Virus record (IMG/VR): IMGVR_UViG_3300008255_000099
Coordinates: 96,001 to 160,000 of that record
Source: a virus
Strand: one strand, 5' to 3'
DNA: 64,000 nucleotides
A program made the position numbers and the translations under genes. The first letter of the stretch is position 1, and every line of letters starts with the position of its first letter. Positions 18,322-27,000 of this stretch are shown here, in pieces. The notes beneath the pieces were generated by a model, which did not search any database, was not told where the DNA came from, and saw only the letters and a program-made list of their open reading frames with translations.

Positions 18322-19537
18322 AATTTTCTTCTATTTCTTCTGTCTCTTCTGGTTGTGATTCTTCCTCTACTTTTTCAACAATCGGTAAAATCAAATGCTT
18401 CCAATCAAAACCATTGATATCTTTCCGTGGTTTAATTGAAAGAAAACTTTTTGCTGATTCTATATTTGTAGAGATTAATGCAATTTCAAGATAATCTGTG
18501 TCTATGACTTTTAAAGTATCCATAAATTCTTTGATTGGTATTGTAATTTCGATATCTTCTATAACTTCTTTAATGCAATCACTCATTACTATTGTCTCAA
18601 CTGTATCACCAAGATCTTGATTAGTTGAGATTGTAATATAACCATCACTGAATTTTAATTTTGCATTTATGTTTTTTGTAAATGTTTGGGCTAAAGATAA
18701 TACTTCTGACAAATCTTCCACATCAACAACTCCACCGATTTGAAGATCGCCGGACCAGAACTTTGAAAGCGATGGGAAATCTCTTGCCCCAACTTCTTGT
18801 GGACTGTAAAAAAAGAAATTATCACCACTCATCATATAAAACATTCTATCAGAAAATTTAATAGAAACACCTTCCCCATAAGGAAGTAATCTTGTCTTTT
18901 CAAAAATTGGTTTAGAAATTCTAAAAGATAATGGGGTTTCAACCAAATCCTCTGTCCGATATATTGTTTGAGTTACTCTCTTAACATCAGTTGAAGAAGC
19001 AACTAGTTTTTCCTTATCAATATAAACAGAAACACTTGTTAAAGGAACTCTAACACTAATAGGATGTACAGAAAAAATTGTTTGATTTAAGCATTCTCTA
19101 AAAATATCTGATTTCATTTGGATGTCAGATAAATCATCATATGAATTAAAATCAGGTGTTTCAGGGACATCTATGTTTGATAGATTAAATGTATATTTCC
19201 CACGTCTTCCCTTAACCCCAATGACCAATTTGGAACCTTCTAAAACAAACCCTATTTCATCTGAAGAGATAGTATTTATCAAAGTGTAAAATTGAGTGAA
19301 CGGAAGGCACAACGGATCTAACTCTTCATCGTTCTCCTCTACCATTTTAACTTTATCTATTGGACAAACCTCAGCATAGCATTGTTGTGTGTCTTGTGTG
19401 ATGAATTTAATTCTTTGATCTACACATAAAACCATCCAAAAAGTCTTTTGTGGTAAATATCCAGTTGACCCATCTGCTACTTTACTAATCGCATCTAACG
19501 CCATTTTGATGGCAGTCCTATTGTATATGAACTTCAT
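18314..19537 (-). CDS. dnaN: DNA polymerase III beta sliding clamp
   Basis: 407 acidic aa; ALDAISKVA, CLNQTIFSV...RVPLTSV, LVASSTDVKRV, DFPSL, terminal HLILPI match the three-domain beta-clamp pattern. Confidence 0.8.
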   Translation of the reverse strand: MKFIYNRTAIKMALDAISKVADGSTGYLPQKTFWMVLCVDQRIKFITQDTQQCYAEVCPIDKVKMVEENDEELDPLCLPFTQFYTLINTISSDEIGFVLEGSKLVIGVKGRRGKYTFNLSNIDVPETPDFNSYDDLSDIQMKSDIFRECLNQTIFSVHPISVRVPLTSVSVYIDKEKLVASSTDVKRVTQTIYRTEDLVETPLSFRISKPIFEKTRLLPYGEGVSIKFSDRMFYMMSGDNFFFYSPQEVGARDFPSLSKFWSGDLQIGGVVDVEDLSEVLSLAQTFTKNINAKLKFSDGYITISTNQDLGDTVETIVMSDCIKEVIEDIEITIPIKEFMDTLKVIDTDYLEIALISTNIESAKSFLSIKPRKDINGFDWKHLILPIVEKVEEESQPEETEEIEENYE

Positions 19538-19597
19538 TTCAATAATTCCTTACTACAGATAACCATCATAGATTCCTGCACCATGATTATACCCCAG

Positions 19598-19645
19598 AAA
19601 CGCAAATGCTCCCGTGTGGAATTAAACACGGGAGCATTTGCGTTT
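19598..19645. terminator. 20-bp stem hairpin after the sigma gene, just upstream of a GGTATAAT promoter-like site (19586..19593, minus)
   Basis: AAACGCAAATGCTCCCGTGT-GGAATTAA-ACACGGGAGCATTTGCGTTT. Confidence 0.65.
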
Positions 19646-19654
19646 TTCAAAATT

Positions 19655-20326
19655 CTAATCATCTTCGAAATTAAAATCATATAAACCACCACAAACTGAT
19701 TTTAACTTTTTCCTAACCCTACCTAACGAATTATCAACACATTTTGTCGATATGTCAAGCTTTCTTGCAATTCCTTTATATGTTTTTTCTTCTTCTCTAG
19801 CCTCTAACACAGAAGCCTCTAAATCTGTTAACTTACCATATAAAGCTAATCTTAATTCATCTATCTCTTCTTCGTGAAGAAGCTTGTTTAAAGGATCCCC
19901 CTCTTCATCAACAATATAATCACACATGGTTGATGAATTATCGTTTTCATAATCCCCCCCTAATGGAGTATCTAAAGATTTTGCTGTATTTAAAGGGAGA
20001 TGCTTTTGTCTTTGAGTCCTATATATTTCTGTTATTAATCTTTTTCTAATACATATTTTTAATGCAAAATGCTCAAATGTTGTATTTTTATCATCTGAAA
20101 AATCTTGAACTGCTCTATACAAAGTTATTCTAGCAATCTGTAAAATATCTTCTTTGTCAAATCCAGGTAAATAATATTTGTGACACATGTTTTTAATATG
20201 TGGGTCTAAATGATTTAATAATTTATCAAACGATTCTTGGTCCCCATTTTTTGCTTTTCGAACTAATTTTAAAATATATAGGTTGTTTTGTTCAATGTCA
20301 TCACTAGATATTTCATTAATTGTCAC
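19655..20326 (-). CDS. sigH: SigH-like RNA polymerase sigma factor
   Basis: YYLPGFDKEDILQ...LYRAVQDF...FEHFALKICIRKRLITEI...RQKHLPLNTAKSLD...KCVDNSLGRVRKKL follows SigH signatures (RQKHxPLN, xDNALQRVxRKL); GTG 20326 with AAGGAGG SD preferred over track start 20416. Confidence 0.85.
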   Translation of the reverse strand: MTINEISSDDIEQNNLYILKLVRKAKNGDQESFDKLLNHLDPHIKNMCHKYYLPGFDKEDILQIARITLYRAVQDFSDDKNTTFEHFALKICIRKRLITEIYRTQRQKHLPLNTAKSLDTPLGGDYENDNSSTMCDYIVDEEGDPLNKLLHEEEIDELRLALYGKLTDLEASVLEAREEEKTYKGIARKLDISTKCVDNSLGRVRKKLKSVCGGLYDFNFEDD

Positions 20327-20466
20327 TAATCCCTCCTTGTTAAAAAACAGAAGGTCGAGAACATTTAATGACAAATAACTACAGATACAATATAACCTTC
20401 TTAAAAATATTTCCACAACAAACTTTTTAAATTCTAATAATTAATCATAAGTTCCTTTTAAAATTT

Positions 20467-21570
20467 CTATGAATTTATAATTGAATTCAATTCTATTAAT
20501 CCGGTCGATAAGACTAAATCTTGAGAGACATTTCTATAATTAATTGTATTAAAAAGTTCTAGAATAACCTTCGATCCTCTATAAATTTGTCCTTTTGATA
20601 ATTTTTCTTCAATTTCCTTGAGTCTATTAAAAGTTTCTGGCGAGACATCTACTTCAACCCCACATTTAATTTTTTGAATATCCCTAAAATTATTTGACAT
20701 ATATTTAAGAATTATCTGAATATCTTTCCCTTCTGAATTAACAGCATCTATTATCTGCATTATATCTTTTAATTTAGAATTTACAACATTTTCCAAAATA
20801 TCTAAACTTAATCCACGATTTGTTATTCCAATGATTTCTTCAACATCTTTAGCTGTGATTTTATCCGCACAAATTTGATCTAATTTTGTTACAGAGTCTC
20901 TTGGGGATCCATCTGCTGAAATAGCTATCATTTCTAATGCTTCTGGTTCATATTCCCATCCTTCATTGACACAAATTTCTTCAAGATTTGAGATTAATAA
21001 TCCCAATTCACATTTTTTAAATTTGAATTTGTGTGCTCTATTTAAAATGGTTCCTATCAAACTATCTACCTCTGTCGTACACATTATAAATCTGACATGC
21101 TCTGGCGGCTCTTCTAGCACTTTAAGTAAAGAATTTTGAGCACTTGAACTTAATTTGTGAGACTCATCAAGAATGAAGACCCGATATTCTCCAAACATTG
21201 GGAATAGATTGATAATATCTTTTATTTCAGTCTCAACATCTTGTTTGCCAGTTTTTTCAGATGAATTTATTTCAATCACATCACTATCTGGAGTCCTGTT
21301 GAGGATTTTTTTGCAACTAGGACATGATAAGCATGGCTCAATGCCATCTTTCTTTAAACAATTCATAGCCATTGAATAAATTCTAGCCATACTTGTTTTC
21401 CCACCACCAGAGCCACCCTCGAAAATTGTTAACGGGGGGACTCTTTTAAATTCTATCGCATTTGATAATGCTTTAACTATATGTGGTTGAAAAGTGTCTT
21501 TGAATCTTAATGGCCTATATTTTTGGTGTAGCGGTTGCAAACTCACGTCTTGCCTCTTTCTTTTTATCAA
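20467..21570 (-). CDS. dnaX: DNA polymerase III gamma/tau clamp-loader ATPase (short form)
   Basis: LHQKYRP, GGSGGGKTS, CLSCPSC, ILDESHKLS, LLKVLEEPP, DGSPRD; TTG start. Confidence 0.93.
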   Translation of the reverse strand: MIKRKRQDVSLQPLHQKYRPLRFKDTFQPHIVKALSNAIEFKRVPPLTIFEGGSGGGKTSMARIYSMAMNCLKKDGIEPCLSCPSCKKILNRTPDSDVIEINSSEKTGKQDVETEIKDIINLFPMFGEYRVFILDESHKLSSSAQNSLLKVLEEPPEHVRFIMCTTEVDSLIGTILNRAHKFKFKKCELGLLISNLEEICVNEGWEYEPEALEMIAISADGSPRDSVTKLDQICADKITAKDVEEIIGITNRGLSLDILENVVNSKLKDIMQIIDAVNSEGKDIQIILKYMSNNFRDIQKIKCGVEVDVSPETFNRLKEIEEKLSKGQIYRGSKVILELFNTINYRNVSQDLVLSTGLIELNSIINS

Positions 21571-21743
21571 CTATCTCGTTTGATTTTTTCTTTGTTGGCA
21601 ATTTCTTTAAATTTCTTCCATGCATTTTCACTTAAAAGTGGAAGTCTTTTTTCTAATTGGGAAAGGAAACCTTTTTCTGTACTATTAACTTCTTCTGGTC
21701 CTTTGATAGCTGTTTTATCTACTTTTGCCATTTTCCAAGCCAT
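21567..21743 (-). CDS. Small basic protein (58 aa)
   Basis: Not in ORF track; AGGGGG SD, MAWKMAKVDK...KIKRDS*, TGA overlaps the dnaX TTG. Confidence 0.55.
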   Translation of the reverse strand: MAWKMAKVDKTAIKGPEEVNSTEKGFLSQLEKRLPLLSENAWKKFKEIANKEKIKRDS

Positions 21744-21788
21744 GTTGTCCCCCTTTGCTAAAAGTTAATTATACAAAGAAGGACAACA
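21743..21788 (-). promoter_or_regulatory. Imperfect inverted repeat overlapping a TGTATAAT motif; downstream arm covers the SD of the 58-aa gene
   Basis: TGTTGTCCCCCTTTG (21743-21757) / CAAAGAAGGACAACA (21774-21788); motif at 21768-21775. Confidence 0.55.
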
Positions 21789-21797
21789 CGCCTTTAA

Positions 21798-22331
21798 TTA
21801 TATTTTTATCGGGATTGGTTTTTCAACCAATTCATCCAATGGGTCTGCCTCTTCGTTCGGGTCAAACGAAGAATCTTCGTCGTCTTCCATCGGTACTGGC
21901 ATTTTAGCTATAGTGTCATCATCTGTCAACCTTGGAAGAACTGTTCCTTTTTCATTTGCTTCTCTCCAATTTGCGCCATACCCTATGGCATCAATGATAA
22001 AACTATAATCGAGGATGTCTTGCTTAACTTTTTTAATTTTAAGCATTGCCGTAAATAATTCCCATTCTTTTCTATCCCGATCCCAATCATACCAATCGTC
22101 TTGATAAATTGCAACCAGCCAAATCTGTTTTGCTGTTTCTTTGACCCAATCTTTTGTGATTGAATCTGAAATAACAGGGATAGCATTTTTCGCTTTTTCA
22201 CTTGTTATCAATGAGAATCTAATTAAATCTGGTTCCAATTCTGGAATCCAAGGTGTAACAAATTGCAACACCTCTTCTGCTAACTCTCTCATTTCAGGAG
22301 AATCTTGAAATTCTCGTCTTGTTCTTCCCAT
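21798..22331 (-). CDS. Hypothetical protein, resembles phage metallopeptidase-like family but without HExxH
   Basis: ELAEEV...IRF...WLVAIYQDDWYDW...WELFTAMLKI; acidic tail. Confidence 0.45.
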   Translation of the reverse strand: MGRTRREFQDSPEMRELAEEVLQFVTPWIPELEPDLIRFSLITSEKAKNAIPVISDSITKDWVKETAKQIWLVAIYQDDWYDWDRDRKEWELFTAMLKIKKVKQDILDYSFIIDAIGYGANWREANEKGTVLPRLTDDDTIAKMPVPMEDDEDSSFDPNEEADPLDELVEKPIPIKI

Positions 22332-22345
22332 TTTTATCTTCCATT

Positions 22346-22771
22346 CTACTCAAATTCTTTTTTGAGTTCTTCGAATTGTTTTTTTCTTTTTTCTTTTTCT
22401 GAATCTTTAAGATATTTTTTATATTCTATTTCCGAATCATTAATTTTCTTGATAAGATCTTTTGCGTTTAGTTTTACTAATTCAATTGACTCTTCAAAAT
22501 TTAAAACTTTTGATTTATCATCATCTATAATAACAATTTTTAAATCATTGATAGAATAAATATCTTCTTTATTCTGTTTTAAAAATATTTTTTTCATTTC
22601 ACCTTTTATTGAAAATGATTTAACATCTTTAATTTTTAAATAAAAATTTTCAACAAATTCTTTAAATTCTTGTGAATTTTCGTCAAAGCAGACACAATCA
22701 AAAGAAGTGATTCCAAACTCCATACATCCATCAAATGCATAAACAAAAATATATTTTTTCATTTTAGTCAC
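22346..22771 (-). CDS. Hypothetical protein
   Basis: 141-aa ORF in operon context. Confidence 0.6.
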   Translation of the reverse strand: MTKMKKYIFVYAFDGCMEFGITSFDCVCFDENSQEFKEFVENFYLKIKDVKSFSIKGEMKKIFLKQNKEDIYSINDLKIVIIDDDKSKVLNFEESIELVKLNAKDLIKKINDSEIEYKKYLKDSEKEKRKKQFEELKKEFE

Positions 22772-22776
22772 CTAAA

Positions 22777-23670
22777 TCATTTTAATCCAGTTGTCCCAAA
22801 CCCGCCTCTGTTTTCATTTTGCGGTGGTTCTAATAATTCTTCCCAAACTATGTCTGGGGTTGGCAAAATAATCATTTGGGCTATTCTATCCCCTTTTTCA
22901 ATAGTAAATGGGATCTTGCTCCCACCGAAGCTGTGATTTACAACTATCACTTTTATTTCATCAGATGGACCGCAGTAATCACGATCAATTGTTCCTGGGG
23001 TATTTAAAACACTAATTCCATTTTTAACTGCTAATCCAGATCTTGGAATAATAAAAGCTCCATATCCATCAGGGACTTTAATGATTATGTTGCAAGGAAC
23101 AGCCTCATATTGTCCAGGTCTAATGGTTGACATTGTTCTTGCATAAAGATCAACTGCAACTGCTCCATTTGAGTTGTAAACAGGCAACGGAAGAGATTTG
23201 TCAATTCTATAAATTTGCAAATTAATAGTTGGAGTTGATGCCTGTTTCTTCTCTTCAACTACCTCCTCATCTAAATCGTCTAAATCATCTAAATCGTCTA
23301 AATCATCTAAATCTTCAGTTTCTGGGATTTCAGTTTTAGGTATATCTTTTTCATATTCTTCTTTCCACATACCCTTGACTAAATCCCTAATCCTTGACTT
23401 TTTGATTTGACAAACAATAGCAAGCTTTTCCAAATCTCTTTCAAAATCTTCACCTACTGAAAGATCAATAAAACTTTGTGCTAAATCAAGAAGATCCGAT
23501 TGTTCTATCTCTCTATCTCTTTTCTTAAAGATTGGTTCTTTTTTAAAAAGATGATATCTAATGTTTTCTTCTGTACATTCAAAACGCTCGGCTATTTCTT
23601 TTATTTTGGCTTCTTTACCATAATAAAGAAGCGCCAGATCACTATTTACAACTGTTGCCATATTTTTCAT
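22777..23670 (-). CDS. dut: Trimeric dUTPase with ~150-aa N-terminal extension
   Basis: AVAVDL, IIPRSGLA, NTPGTIDRDYCG, GDRIAQM, NRGGFGTTG (motifs I-V); N-terminal KIKEIAERFECTEENIRYHL HTH-like segment. Confidence 0.92.
   Translation of the reverse strand: MKNMATVVNSDLALLYYGKEAKIKEIAERFECTEENIRYHLFKKEPIFKKRDREIEQSDLLDLAQSFIDLSVGEDFERDLEKLAIVCQIKKSRIRDLVKGMWKEEYEKDIPKTEIPETEDLDDLDDLDDLDDLDEEVVEEKKQASTPTINLQIYRIDKSLPLPVYNSNGAVAVDLYARTMSTIRPGQYEAVPCNIIIKVPDGYGAFIIPRSGLAVKNGISVLNTPGTIDRDYCGPSDEIKVIVVNHSFGGSKIPFTIEKGDRIAQMIILPTPDIVWEELLEPPQNENRGGFGTTGLK
23267..23313. repeat. 9-bp coding tandem repeat encoding DLD repeats in the dut linker
   Basis: TCATCTAAA/TCGTCTAAA alternating, 5 units. Confidence 0.9.
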
Positions 23671-23675
23671 CCTTT

Positions 23676-24035
23676 TTAATCAATAATTACTTTTTCTAGA
23701 GAGGAAATATCTGCTGCTGATAGAACACAATTATCTCCTAATTCTGAAATATTAATTGGTGTAAATTCCATTTCAACTTCTTCTTGAAGTAATTCATTCA
23801 ATTCTTCTGTAAATTTCTTTATCTCTTCTTTTTTGACAGAGGTTTTCCCATCTTCTGTCTTTTCACCATATTTATTAACCAAATCAATTCTTACAGATTC
23901 AATTTGTGCATATTCTTCATTAAGTTTACTCACAAGTTTTTTTAACTTCCAAGCTGTTTTAATTGGCAAATCTTGCCTAATAAGTTTGGTTAACGCTTCA
24001 CTCATATTAAAAATTTCAACTAATTTTAATTTCAT
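23676..24035 (-). CDS. Conserved phage coiled-coil protein (DUF1617-like)
   Basis: ALTKLIRQDLPIKTAWKLKK...RIDLVNKYGEK...ELNELLQEEVE; ATG 24035 with AAGGA SD. Confidence 0.55.
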   Translation of the reverse strand: MKLKLVEIFNMSEALTKLIRQDLPIKTAWKLKKLVSKLNEEYAQIESVRIDLVNKYGEKTEDGKTSVKKEEIKKFTEELNELLQEEVEMEFTPINISELGDNCVLSAADISSLEKVIID

Positions 24036-24052
24036 GTTTTTATCCTTCCTTT

Positions 24053-27000
24053 TTATCCGCCACAAGTTTCATAATCTTCAAACTTGCATTGTCTACATCT
24101 AATTGCACAAGATCCTGGCAGTTTGACAGTATCACGGCTCCCACATTGAGGGCATGATTTCCCTGCTGGCTTTTCTCTTTTTGAAACACCATTTTGTGTC
24201 TTGTTTTTAGTTTTTATTGCATGAACAACTTTTGCCTCTTGTGGGTCTCTATCGTCATCATCTTCATCTGGGACTTCAACCGCATCTTTATCCCCAAGAT
24301 ATTCATAAGCTAAAACCCTTCCAATTACATCATACATAGATTTTGCCCATTTTATATTATCGTGAAGAACTTGCCCCCTCGGATCTTGTGTGATCGTCCT
24401 CATTGCATCAGTAAATTCTTCCAATGGGACATTGTACTGCAATGAGATGGAGACACACCTTGCAAGCAACCCTAATGTGGTTCTAGCAAAAGCATCTTCC
24501 TCTGCATAATCAATAAATATTTCACCAAGTCTTCCATCTGGATACTCACCTGTCCTCAAAAACATTTTATGTCTTGGTCCATTATACCCACCAATTTCAA
24601 ATTCGTGAGTATAACCAATCCTTTTTCTTGGTAATCTGTGCCGAATCGCTTCTTGGAAAGCTTCAACAGAAAACTCTGCATCTACCTGTTGATCTGTTAA
24701 ATCTGCATTTAACAACAATTTTTCATAATCAATTCCAGAGACAGAATTCAAAGGTTGTGAAAGTTTTGAACCATCACGATATAATGAGATGCATTTTAAT
24801 CCAGACTTGTGAGCTTCAAAATGACAATTTTCTACTTCTTTAATCGTTATTTCATTCGGTGCATTAATTGTATTGTGGTTTATTATTCCGTTTGATATAA
24901 AAGCATGACTATTTGGGACAGAAATATCGAAGACTTCTTTTATCCCATCTTGCTCAGAATATATAACCTTAGAGAAATGTATATTGTTTTCGACTATATC
25001 TATTAGGTTTTTTGGAATATCTATTTTATCATTAATCATATTTTTTATAGTATTAAATGATACATTAGACGTTCTTTTATCCGATAAATAATTATACTTT
25101 ATTCTTAATTCTTTTGGAACCAAACTATATAAATATTTCAAGTTTTGATTAGGAATTATATCAGACGTTGATGGAAAATAATTAGACTCTTTAATTTTTA
25201 TTAATTTTTTATTTCTATACTCTTCATTAAACATCATTATGTTAGATAATAATTGTGCATAATACCCAGAGCAATATAATTCATAATAATTTCTTTTATA
25301 TTTTTTATTATATTTTGCAATTATATTTGATAACACCCCAAGGTTTGATAATATATTTTTTAAATCTAATATTATAGATTTTGAGTTTAAGCAAATTCCA
25401 ATCTTTGAATTATATTTTTCATAAACCACATAACCATCTGACATCAATCCATTTATAAAATAAATTATATTATTTTTTGTTGATTGTAATATACAATCTG
25501 GAATTGTTTTTTCATATGATATATTGCCAATATTTATATTATTAAAAAATTCACAAAGATATTTAGACGAAATCCTAAGACAAGGGCATTTGTTTTCTGT
25601 CTCAATTATTTTACCATCTATATTAAATATGCTTTTAAACATATTGTTTGCTTTATCTAAAAGATCAATACAACTATTAGTAATTTGTATTGTATAGTTA
25701 GATTTTGAGATATTGCCTTCTGCCATATAGAATCCAATTAACCACGACAAATCATCACTCATTTTATCTGGAATATTTATTTCTTTTTGAGCCCCCCATT
25801 TTTTTGATAATTTAAAATTAAATTCATTTGATAATTTAAAATTAAATTCATTTGAAGACCATAAATCAGATCCTATTTTAGTCGCAACATAATCTTTGTT
25901 TTGAATATTATATAGTTGTTTCCATTCTAAATTTCCATCATCATTCATACAATACAAGGGGTGATTAAATGTTCCAGTAATTTCACTGCCGTCTTTTAAA
26001 ATTATTTTCTTAACTGGTTTAAATCCACCATAATAAAAAGAATCTGTATTTTCACGAGAATCAATTGAATCAATTTTAATATTACAATTAGAAAAGGTAT
26101 TGGGTAATTCATTGCTCCGCAGAGAACCTATTCTTAATAATCCTCTATCCGTAAATAAGAGACTTTCACCAGTTATACATTTTGAAATAGATCCACTTAG
26201 GAATGGTTGGACAGCACTAACAGCACGGATATGGGCTAGATAAGGGATATATCTAGTGCCATAATCCCCACACTTACTAGCACAATCAAAAATGACATAA
26301 TGATCTTCATTTAAGTATGGTGCCCCTTCTACTGTACCTCTACCACAAATGTAATCGTTAGCCTCTCTTATTTCTTCTTCTGAAAATCCTAGATAATTTA
26401 TAATTGAAAAATAATCATCTGCTAACATTTCTTCTGGTATTTTTAAAACATCCTTACAAAAACTTTCTCCAAGGACAAACTTGTTAAATGAATTAGAGAT
26501 GTGATAAGCTCCATCTAATGATTTATTTAATGATTCAATTTGTTCTATTGAGAATTTTTTTCTAATTAATGTTTCGATATTGATATTCGGACATTTATCA
26601 TCTATAATCTTTTTACCAATGATATAATCTATAATTTCTATTATCTGATTTTCTGTATAACCAAGATTTTTCAGAGCAATTGGGACACTGTTGTTAGCTA
26701 TTTTCATATATCCACCACCAGAAAGCTTTTTGTATTTAATTAAAGCAAAATCTGGTTCAATTCCCAATGTGTCACAATTCATAACAAGCCCAATTGTTCC
26801 GACTGGTGCAATCACAGAAACAAAAGAGTTCCTAAATCCGAATTCTTCGCCAAGTTCTAAAACCTGATCCCAAATTTGCCTTGCTTTAACCAAAAGGTAT
26901 TCTGGGCAATAATCTATATCTATTCCTCGTGGAGCAACATTTAAATCTTCATATTCTTCTGACAAAGAATTGTAAGAAGCCCTCCGGTGGTTTCTAATAA

